Positions 52,701 to 64,000 of a DNA stretch of 64,000 bases are shown here, one piece after another. The stretch comes from Antedon mediterranea (taxonomy: Eukaryota > Animalia > Echinodermata): assembly GCF_964355755.1 (NCBI RefSeq), contig NC_092678.1, positions 3,984,422 to 4,048,421 on the forward strand, given 5' to 3'. A model generated the notes under the pieces. That model worked only from the letters and a program-made list of their open reading frames with translations, made no database searches and was not told where the DNA came from. The translations under genes and the position numbers were made by a program. How positions within the stretch are numbered: position 1 is the first letter of the stretch; every line of letters starts with the position of its first letter.

Positions 52701-55700
52701 CTGATGAGTATTAGTCATGATTATTCTTTTTTTATGATTGTTATAAAATATTTGTTTACATAATTTAGAATGATTGTGTATAAACAAAATATTACTAACA
52801 ATAACAAGCATGTAGAATAGGAATGCAAATGATTAGCTATTATTGGTCAATAAAACAAATCCGGCTAATATCCAACCCACTTCTGTTCAAGCTATGTTAC
52901 GTCCAAGCTTGGTCTATGAAGCCGCAAGTAGATTGTGTGCATTTTGTACAATGGTAATAATTGACAAAACAGTTATTGAGTGACTATGTTCACTGCTTGT
53001 TCTTTTGAGTTCTTGCCAATATTTGATTTATTCAAGGGGTTACACATGAATAGTGTGAGTACTAGAAACGATTTATAGACTTAATCCTCCTTGTAGATTT
53101 GAACAAACCTTAGAACATAGTTACCAAACATTTGATCTTTAATCAGCTTTGCATAATATAGCACCTTTCATTTTGAAATTATACAAAGAACATAAACATA
53201 CAGATACTGTTATTGAATTTCTAACATTAATTGCTGCGTACAAAAAACAATTTTAAAACGAGTTTCAAAGTATTGTATTAGTACTAGTAGTATATTAAAA
53301 GAATGAACGTACAACAACCAAACAGTAAGAGTTATCACTGAGTTACCTATTAATCTGGACACATTGATATAAAATTCAATGCTGACCTAATTAATAATGG
53401 TAACATACAGTATTACTTATTGTAAAAAGTATAAATAATATATACAGTTCCACCATAATATTTTAATAGTAATAACATTGTTTACATTGTCATATCATTA
53501 AAGCCTTTAGCTTCATAACATTATTACCCTAGCCAATTGTAATAGCTAAGGCATACACCTGGTCTTGTCTCTAGGGAGGTGTATTCTACATATAGTATAG
53601 TTAGGAACTAGAGGGGTTAGAGGGTTCAGTAGAGCTGTGAATTGATCTATGCGTTGCTCGGCGGAACTCTTTTATACCCTGTTTACACACACTAGGAACT
53701 TCAAGTGTACTTGAAAGGGGATAGGTCAAGTACACTGCGTGTCCCCACACTGATTAGGGACTTTGTTCCTTTAGTCGGTTCGGTCGGTCGGTTCAGTATT
53801 AAAACTGTTTGAATTTACATTTGGTGAAATAAAAAAAATGATAGCATTCATTTAGTGGTTTTGAAAATATGCATGTTTAATAACTGATTTATAATTGTAA
53901 AACAAACAAAAATCTTTTACCCTTTTTAAATTATAATGTACCTCGCAGTTTGTTGTCAAAATGGCAAAACTCTCTTTCGTGAAATTTGCATAGGTTACAC
54001 CATTGATTTGTTACCAGTGAATAATTCATTGACTACATTCTGTCCGTCAGATCAAATGATATGAAACCAACTAGAGTAGTCTTTTAAATTGTAGCATTGC
54101 GCATTAGGAGCATCACAGGAGAGAGAGTCTTCGATTCATTGCCCATAAGGGACAACAGTGGAATGCAAGCTGTCGAAAATATTCTCAAGATAAAATCTTG
54201 TGGTTGAAAATAATGTCAGAAATTAATGAAATTCTCACTAAAATGACACATTGAAGTTGATTAATCGATGAATACAAAGATTTTTTTTTTATTTAAAGAA
54301 AAACGTACAAACTAAAGTATATATTTGTTATATTTGTTAGGTACAGTAAACCGTGGACTATATTCTTTGCAGAGCCCTTTTATCTTCTCAAAACATACTG
54401 TACATAATGATTTGGTTTCAATCAATATATTCTAAATCTGTGTAACACTGCAAGATAAAAGATATATTTTTGTTTTTTAAAAATTGGTTCCCATTGTGCT
54501 AATAATTATGACATTTACCAGAATGCCTTTTGTGACTTGTCGTAGTTCAAATCTGCAATGCAATCTCTACCCCTTCTTGGGCCCTTATATACAAAAACAA
54601 CCACACTTATTTTTGGAAAGAGAAAGATCTAACTGTAAATAATTCTAAAGTACGTAACATCGGAGGAAAAATAAATGAAAGAAGATTGTAGAATCTGCTG
54701 GGTATCTTGCCATACCTGCTGTTAGACAATAAATTAGGTTACTGTGATACAACCTATCATGACCAACTTGTTGATTGGAATGTTGAAAGTATAACAGAAT
54801 ACAATGTGAAAGAGAAATAATATGCATTCCTTTGCTAGGCAGCAGTGTATGTTGATATTGTTATGAGTATATGTAATAATAGCTAGTGTATAATACATAC
54901 TTAGTTACTACAGTAATAGTATACGTTGTAATAATACGTTGAAGTTATTCATAGTAAAATGTTGTTTTTAGAGCGGTTTGTGTTGATAAAACTTGGTTTA
55001 TTTAAATTTTTACTTAAATAAAACAGATGAAATGTTCCAAATAATACTTTATAATTCTATGTTTCTTATATCGACAAATTATTTAAGTACAGGTACGTAA
55101 CAGTGAAACTTGTTCTATGTTTCTCAGAGAATGGGGCTTCATTAAAGTGTATATTAAAATTGCACTACAATAGGAGTTAATGGTTTTCACCTTGTGATGT
55201 GAAATGTATTGTTGTGTATTGTTATAACACCTGAGTGACTCAGTTGTCAACACTTGTTGTCACTAAGTTAAATGAATATTTTACTGATCAATCGTCGATA
55301 AGTTAAATAAACAGAAAACTGTATAGTACTAAATAGTTGTTTGATTTTTTAGGCCTATATTATTTTCAATGCAATATCTGATTATTGGTTTAAAGTTTAA
55401 TAGGCAATAGACCAATAGCAAGTAGGTTGTTTATTAACTAAATTGCATTAATTAATTTAAATAGGTGGTTATTTCTGGTTGACACTGCATTTACCTTGTC
55501 ATGCTGTTATTTCTCTTGTGACATTTGCATACACAAAACACCATTGATTTCTTACCATGCATAATTCATTGCCGACATTCTGTCAGTCAAATCATTGTGT
55601 AACCAATCGTGTCAGATTGGTTGTTATTATTATACTGTACCTTGTGTTGAGATATTTTATTTTAATTTTAAATGCTGGCCAAGGATTACCAATCACAGTC

Positions 55701-57242
55701 CTATCAGATAGGTGGTAATCCCCCTGACATGGGGCTATCTTGTGAACCAGTTCACTGGAGTAATCCCCTACTCATCCTGTATGATGAATTGGGTTCACAC
55801 AATCATCCAACTTGTGTACACTGGACCTATAGTTTATATAGTCCTTATCCAAGAAAACATGTCCCACCACCAGAACTAGGAGTGATTTGGTGTCGAACCC
55901 ATGCCAATAATGTTGCCTCTTAAGGTATGGTACTGTAAATGGCGTCCCTGTCTTAACCATACCTAACTAAAGAGCTTTTGACTCACTATTGATATGACCA
56001 TAGAGATAGTATTTCTAAGATATGACTAAGAATGTGTGGTTAATTTTAGCTGGAATTAATGCACATGTTTGCTTCATGGGGCCCCACTGTGACTCAGTCT
56101 AAAAGAATATCATGACTCTTGGAAACTAGGGCTTCCAAAACCCAACAAATAATCTTCAACAACTACCAAAAATTGAATATCCACAATATGATGTTTGTAC
56201 TGAGCTAAAACATATTTTAAGTTACAAAAGTTTGACGTACTAAATTCTGGGGTTGCAATTAAAGATTTCAAATAAGTGGGCTTGTAATGTTAGAAACCTT
56301 GAATTGAAATTTCTCTGGACAAAAGCTGTTGAAATCCATGAACGAGTTTAGGTATATGGCATGGATTTAATGTAATAAACAAATCAAATTTTCTGAATAT
56401 TTATAGATTATTTCGCCATTAAAAAAACCTGTTTAATTTATTTAGCAGGAAAGGAAGTGGTATCGATTGAAATGTGTTTCTGGTAGCGTTTACAACACCT
56501 TTGTGAAGGACTTATTTTATTAGAATTTACAGGCTTATACAACCATTTTCCAAGATAATCCCTTATCACTGCCTCTTGATAGGGACCATCTTGAAAATTC
56601 ACTTGATACATTACTGAATGATGGCTATTGGTTGTCGTTCTGCTGATGAGTATTTTAAAATTAAATTACCTTTTCTATTACTTGTCAATCAGATATCAAG
56701 CAAAATTGATTTGTTAAAATGTTGACATTCATGTTTTTAAGTAGCATACTTGAAATGAAAAAATTGATTAGATTTTATGAACTATAGTAATTTAATTTTT
56801 AAAATATCCGGGAAAAGACATGTTCTTGAACCTTTATCCATACCGTTGAAACACTATCTAACCTTAATAGTTACTGCAATGCAAATGTTTGAAAAATATT
56901 TGTTTAATACTGTTTTAATGTATTTTTTTATTTTAGAAACACAATTAATAAAATAACCTTATTGACTGTAAATTGTTGCTTGTAAACATTTATTTCTGTT
57001 CATTAAATTACTGTATAATTTATTTCTATAGATATACCATTAGAGAACTTTTAAATCATGAATTTTTCGATGACACTGGATTTCGGGTTGAGATAGTTGA
57101 AGATGGCAATATTGGTAGTATCCAACTACAGCTAAAAATTGAGGATCCGAGGAAGCGACGCGACAAACATAAAGACAATGAGGCTCTGCAGTTTGATTTT
57201 GATCTTGAGAAGGATGACCACGAAAAGGTGGCGGCAGAAATG
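43795..57242 (+). CDS. WNK: WNK serine/threonine kinase, first 6 coding exons (gene continues beyond)
   Basis: Exons: 43795-44529, 46224-46411, 46684-46904, 48441-48598, 49203-49291, 57032-57242, with consistent phases. [11 protein letters not shown] has the Lys in subdomain I and VAWCEMQ has Cys replacing the usual catalytic Lys. Also [24 protein letters not shown], and the autoinhibitory-domain start [16 protein letters not shown]. Confidence 0.97.
55672..55960 (-). mobile_element. Degraded tRNA-derived SINE with a Deu/Nin-like central domain in WNK intron 5
   Basis: Minus strand has a B-box GGTTCGACACC (about 55898-55888). It is followed by cttggataaggactatataaactataggtcc...gaaccc...gagtagggg, which resembles the DeuSINE core from memory. 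Confidence 0.6.
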
Positions 57243-58216
57243 GTGAGTACAGGGTTTATCTGTAATATGAGAGGAGTAGAGAACTGTTGAATTACCATTG
57301 GTTAAAAACACCTTCCCTACGTTTAATGTTTTTAAAGTAATTTATATGTATTATTTTGAAAAAACAGCACAAATTGTAGAGAAGGTGTCTTTAAGAATGA
57401 TGACCACAAGCTAGTAATTAACACAAAATATTTTGTATTTTATTTTCAATATTGGAATTACACTACAAATAAAAACAATAACCAATTTTCATATGACCTG
57501 TTTACAATGACCTATGCCATATTTCTAGTTTAATATTGAATATGGTATTAAGATTGGGTAACAAAGGTAAGTACTAAGTAATAAAGAATAGATTACAGGC
57601 TTATTTCCAGTTGTTATTTAATGTCAAGAAAAAGACCTATTTATAAACATATTTGGCCTTTTGTTTGTATTTTATGAATCATATTATCATGATTAGATCC
57701 TCTTCCTTTAAACATTTTGTGAAGGCTTTAAATTTTAATCCAGAATTTAGAGCCCATCTTATAGTTATGCAAAGTACCATAACCACATTTGTATACCAGC
57801 AAATCACCTTAACTCATCATCATTTTAGTTATGCAAAATACCATAACAAAAATCAACCCTATTTTGATACTCAGATTTAAATAAAAATTATGTAAAATTA
57901 TGTAACATACAGTTTGATTACCATTGTTTACTAAACATTTTTGACTTGATTTTTGCTGGTTTGCTATGGCATTTAAGGAAAAAAATCTGATAATTTGTTC
58001 TAAGAATGTATTATAGTACTGAATTTTCTTATTCTATTCATTACGTATTACTTGCTGCAGAAAGGTCAATGAAAAGGTCAACTGCCATTGTTTAACCTAT
58101 TGTAGAAAGTATAAAGCATAAATTTCTTTCCATTTAGACTAATATTTGCCATTTTGATTTTCTAATCTTTGACAACTCGATAAAGGTGAACTTTCTCATT
58201 ACTTTGACCGTTCTAG

Positions 58217-60241
58217 TAGGTATCCCAATGTAAAAATTCAAATTAATGATGGTACTTTTTCTTTCAGTTAATCAGAAGGAACTTACTAAACATAAACTTT
58301 TGCAATTTAAATGATTGAAATCGGATTATCCATTCAAAAGTTATGGTCCGTTAAAGTGCCCAAAAAACAGTGATTTTTGCTTGAAAAATGGCACTTTTTC
58401 TAATTATATTTGAACCCATTTTTGAAGGGTTATAACTTTTATACTAATAATTTTAAAGTTCTTATTTTTTCCAAACCCATAGATACAACAGAGTTGTACA
58501 AGAAAAAATTTTTTTTGGGTGTCCTCGACATTTTTTTTTTTAGATATCGCCCTACAAAATTCGTCCGAGGGCTTTTTACGCTTGATTTTCCCAATGTCTC
58601 AAAAATGCCCAAAAAGTTCCTGTCTTTAAATGATTCATAACTTTTGAACCAATGTGTGAATTAACTTCTTTTTTTTTGCATTGCATAAAATGTAATATGT
58701 ATTTTAGTAAGGTTATTTATATTGACAGGTAGGTAATTCTGAAATACAACATAAAATATTGTTAAAAAATGTTAAAATGTGAAAAAAAAAAATATTGCGT
58801 TAAAAAACTGTGTGGGTATTGTTTCTTTTCATTAAATATTATTTTTCGTAAGTATACATTTTTTTAATAATTCTAGTATTTAAAGTTATATTTATAATCA
58901 TATATTATTTAAATTGATTTTCGAACCGCCAAAAATAAGAATTAAGCCCGTGCTTATTATGTGTTCGATTCCATTTGGAGCGCCGGGCCGAACGTAGACT
59001 CGGCCGCGCCTACTACAAGTTAAGATAGGCCCCTAGCCTAGCAAGGTCTAAATAAAAGCCTGACGCTAAATTCTGCCTAAGAAATATCGGGAACAAATTT
59101 TTTATTTAACAAAGTAATTACCTCAATGGTATAATTGTAGCATGTTTAATTTTATTTCCCTTTCGATTATTCTAACCGAAAGTTGCACTTTGAATTGAAA
59201 TATACGGAATAAAATTTAGGCCTAGAAACAGCGTAGACATACAACGGCAACACAGGCCAAAGAGCGTTTCGGCCGCCTACATAGAATGGCTTACGGCCGC
59301 TGCATAGCAAAATCAAAGCTTCTTAAATTTCTTCGGTACATTTCTTCCTAACGTACTTGCTTTATATAGTAGATTTATAAATATTCCACTTATTAAATAA
59401 TTTAATAAATCGGTAAAATTGACGTTTCGAAGCAAATATTCCATGAGAGGCGACATTTTTCGACATGCCTCGTGTGCGGCGAAGACTAGTTCAGAAAATG
59501 GAACAGTCCACTGCAGGGGTTATCCAATCATTAATTAACGCGCTAATACATGCATACCATGCACATTGTGTGGGCGACGATAATTTAGTAATAAGCGGAG
59601 AACTGAATCCCCCCCGTAAGGAAAATGGTAAACACTGATATTTATGGTAGGGATTATTTTTTTCAGTGGTTGGTCTTGTTGGCCTCTTCGCACGAGGTCC
59701 ACGCAAAGTCAAATAAAACGATGTGGTTTATCAAACAGAAATATAAATTAGCTTCAATTCAATACTAAATTAGCCAGATTTTGATAATGAGAAAGACTAA
59801 AAAATTCAATTTTTATCGTTAAAATTGACATTTGAGGCGGATGTACAAAATAATAATAACCGATTTACATATCAAAATAAAGAGTATTTAAAGCCTGATA
59901 ACATGCAACAAAAATTACTCCACCACCTATTATGGACCTCGTGCGATCGTGTTTTGAAAATGGGTAGGTGTTTTCCAAAGTTATTTTTAGCGCGCGGATT
60001 TCGGCTCGCCGGCTTTTGTACCTCATTTTTAACTCGCGTTTTCTATTAAAATATTTAATAAACATAGATTAAAAATATATGAAAATAATCCCTTAAACAA
60101 GATCTTTCCAGACATATAATTTTTATTCACATGTGTATATCAGAAATAGTATATTTTTAACTTCAAAGACACGTCACTTTTTGAAATTTCACGAACGTGT
60201 TAAAATCGCGGTAACGAAAATCCGCTTCATTGGGATACCTA
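58217..60241. mobile_element. ~2.0-kb non-autonomous TIR DNA transposon in WNK intron 6
   Basis: 14-bp perfect TIRs TAGGTATCCCAATG (58217) and CATTGGGATACCTA (ends 60241). A flanking duplication GTTCTAG is at 58210-58216 and 60242-60248. The interior is CpG-rich and has no transposase ORF. Confidence 0.8.
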
Positions 60242-60755
60242 GTTCTAGTTAAGTTATTCTATGTATTGTTTAAACTACTCATTTAATATTACCTTTGGCC
60301 TTTTCAACAGTGAATCACCATGTTTGAAGCGAATCAACCCTTTATTTTTGTGGGTAGTTTAATTTTGTACATCACTTATTTTTGGACATTATACATTGCT
60401 ACGATTCTGCAAAATAACTCGACGATTCGATAGCCAAAGTTAGGTAAACATGAAAATAAGTGTTCATCGCAATTACAGTTTTAGATTTTTCACAATCTGG
60501 AAATATCCATGAAATCAAATGGCTGTATTATACATTTGTATATAGCGAGGTACTTTGGTGTACTTCCTAGGCCGAGACCAGAAATCCCATTACAAATCCC
60601 AATTTCCTGTTATTTGTTGGACAGAATTATTTTTTTATACCTTCAGTATATATTTCTTAACTTATATTTTTAGTGTGCTTATATAATAATTCTTTTCTGA
60701 TGTAGTTACTACTTTCACCAATTGATCACATGAAAACGAAACATGTTGTCATTGC

Positions 60756-60906
60756 TACTGTGCTTGATGTCTCATGGGCAAGTAATTCTCATCTGAAGTT
60801 GTTACTTTCCCCTTAATGATTACATGAAAAATAAACTTATTATCATCACTACTGTTCTTGATGTCTCATGGGCAAGTCATTCTCAGCTGAAGTAGTTACT
60901 TTCCCC
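60756..60906. repeat. ~57-bp direct duplication, period about 94 bp
   Basis: tactgt(g/t)cttgatgtctcatgggcaagt(a/c)attctca(t/g)ctgaagt(t/a)gttactttcccc occurs twice. Confidence 0.85.
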
Positions 60907-63900
60907 AATTATTGACAACATTTAATACTGGTACTGATAAGTTCCATAAGACCTCCTTCTTGAAACACCAGACATTACTAGATAAGACGCATACATCCTT
61001 CATTTAAAAACAAAATATCGTTGTGGGGATGTTTTCAAATAACGGTCTATGATCAGGTCTAATAATGTGGAAATAGAAGGCATGTGATATAAGCCTGCAT
61101 TTTATATTTCTTATTTTGAATATAAATGAACACATCATGTTCTACCCAGATGGTGAATAGTTTACCAGCTGTTAGATAGATTGAGATAGAACATGGAACT
61201 ATCACTTTATTTAACTCAGCGTTTTTGGCACTATCAGACATGATCTGATGATCCTGTGGCCCTCTTTACAGCTTGTAATTACTCTACTTAGTCTAAAAAT
61301 ATATTGATTAAAACCACAAATTAGCCTCTTGACCAAAACATTGCTGAGATCTGGTATTTCAAAAGAAGTGTCTGTTTATTTGGTGTTCAAAAACATCTAA
61401 TTTAAACATCTTAGCATTGAGTATAAAGTATATTCAAGATTATTATCATCTTTATTATCAATTGATAAATTAATATATCACCTTTCTTCATCATTATATG
61501 TTATCTTACAATGCCATCCTTACCAGTTATTTGTACCCTTAGGCAGGCATCATCTTACACAATCTAACTACTAGTACTACCATTCTCTACATTTCGCCAA
61601 TAATTATGACTGTCAACATTATCATATTATTCATCTATGAATTATTTTTAGGAAACTGCTTAACTATTGCTAAATACCCCTACAATTTGCCTGTAGCATT
61701 AGTTTGACCTTACATTAACCTACATCATATTCTGTTTTTAATCATACCTATACAGTCGTTCTTCTTAACCTCTGGGCCAAAATTTCTGTACTGCAAAGTA
61801 TAGTTCTAGTTTGATTGTTTAGTAGAAACTACTTGTGTACAGTAATGTTGCTTTGTCTTAAAATGTGATTACTTGATCTAATTCAAAGTTGTTGGTTCAT
61901 TCAATCATTGGAAGAAATTAGAAATTGTAGAAAATGGTGTTGTTGTATAGTTTACTTTCATTCAAGATATATCGCCCCTTTTTTTTTTTCTTTTTTTTTT
62001 TTTGCCTTTTTGACAAGCGGAATATTAATTTGTAAATCAGGTGGTTTGTTAACCATGCCAGGCAGTAATGTCTCCCATAACACATGGTAATTACGTGATA
62101 CAGGGTTGTGTAAAAAGCAAAATGCTGATATTTATAATCTTCGAATGACCATGCTAGAATGTATATTGTTCAGATATTAATCCATTGCTCTTAGGTTAGG
62201 TACTGTGTAACACATAATTCAATTCAACTTTATTTAACCACAGAGGTCTTGAGCAACACATGGTTGTTCTTCCCAGGGACCGTGCACATACAAAACACAA
62301 TTTTAACAATATTTTATACGGTATGTAATTTGTAAATACAGTATATAAATACACTATATATTTTAATGTTTTAATGAAGTTTCAATGCATAATTTCGCCA
62401 GTGTAGCATAGCAAAAACCTATACAAAACAACCTCAAATACAATACAGACTCAATCTCAACTTAAAAATCAGTTTGATTAGCAATATTGCTAAACAAAAT
62501 TTTAAAATAAAATTTTTCCCTAAGTTTGTAGGGACGAGTGAATGTCAACACGAAGATGTGGCAGCTATTGCCCCAAATATATCAGATAAAGGGATTTTAT
62601 ACGCTTTGTTTTTTATGCTACAAACTAGTTGCAAAAGCTTTAGAAATTCCTGAAATATTTTACAGTGTTTGTCCTTTTTAGCCTCAATCACTTGACTTGG
62701 TTTATTCACCCATTAAAGTAAATGTCCTCAATACTATAAAATAAAAAAAAATAGTTACAATACTTTATCTTGACTCTCATTTGTTAAAACGGAACTTCTT
62801 TGCGTTTGTGTGTGCGCTCATCTGTCAAATATCTTAACTATCAATTTTTTTCTGTCCGCCTCATTAATTTAACCTTTGGATATCGTGCAAAAATAAAATA
62901 ACATTTTTAATTGGATGTTATTACCTCAATATAATTATTTGTAGATATGGATGATGGAAGAGTACTGTAGTTTTTTTTTCTGTCATACTGTAGTTGTGCA
63001 ATTATTAAAAAGATTTGAAAAAGTAGTTGAGAAACACATTTTTGCAATAAATCAGTCAAAACCTTAGCCAAATATAGTGAAGTCATAGATATATTTGTCT
63101 TTTACATATTAATACCAGAAGTTTTTACGCACCACATTTTCATGTATTGAAAGATGATAAGGAAAAACTTGTTTTCGACCAAAACTGTGATTGATTAGCC
63201 AAGTGGCCCTTTAGTGTTGTTCGGCCTTCTTTATGGTTGAAGATCTAACAATACATCTAATGATAATAATTTTTAATCAGATGCTTTTTATACCAGCAAG
63301 TTTTATTGAAATGATCTGACTACAGAACATCTGAGAAATTTGATTAATATGCTAATATACTGTAGATCATAAATTATTATAGTTTGATCCTATATACAAA
63401 GAAATCATAAAAACTGTATGTTTTGAAATTTAGATTTAAAAAAATGGTTTACCTCTCTTTAATGAGAGACCACTTCTGGAGCGTTCTGGCTTTTTTTGGA
63501 AACAATGAGCTAGCAAATAAAATCAAATAATTATTACAGTATATTCATCAGATGTGATCTCTAAATTTCATGAGATAGAATTAGAGGATAGAGGACAAAT
63601 TAAAATACACTATAAGTTAAATGATTAACTCAAAATTAAGTCTGAGAAAAATCAAACGATGTAATTGCAGTATTTACTGTGCTACGAAAAAACAAATTTG
63701 TTACACAAGTATTTTCATGAAAACCGGTAACTATTAATCTACAAATTTTTTTGAATTTTATACAAAAACATTGTTATTAGTGTGACGATTGATTGGTTGT
63801 CATTTTAAACAGGACAGGATAAAATAAGTTGTTATTATTGTTATTCTGCTGTGATGTACTGTATTTTCTCTGAGGCCTGCCCACCCTTTAAAATGACTGA

Positions 63901-64000
63901 AAAAAAAGTAAATTACAACAATATGGGTTGGTCTTCACTTAACACTTTTCATTTACATAATTATTATTATTATTTATACATGTTAATCCTATTGTAATTT

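Overview
AT-rich, intron-containing animal genomic DNA, most likely an invertebrate deuterostome such as an echinoderm (inferred from gene content and repeat types). I reconstructed seven genes by hand from splice sites and reading-frame phase. In order they are: the 3' end of an HMGB-like gene with a polyQ tract and acidic tail (+), an intronless divergent BTB-BACK-kelch gene (+), UBE2H (-), ZC3HC1/NIPA (-), KLHDC10 (+), a ninjurin (-), and the 5' part of a WNK kinase (+, continuing past the window). Main points of interest: (1) two gene blocks known from human (UBE2H-ZC3HC1-KLHDC10 and head-to-head NINJ-WNK) are adjacent here in the same orientations; (2) U12 minor-spliceosome introns in UBE2H and ZC3HC1; (3) a young Mutator-like element with a 9-bp TSD and a CRE in each TIR, about 40 bp upstream of the ZC3HC1 start codon; (4) ultra-short palindromic insertions with 7-bp duplications; (5) an orphan TATA/Inr promoter; (6) TAGGCCTA palindrome clusters in first introns. 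SINEs, Helentron-like elements, a 2-kb TIR element and minisatellites are also present. I found no clearly novel protein-coding system. No database searches were run.
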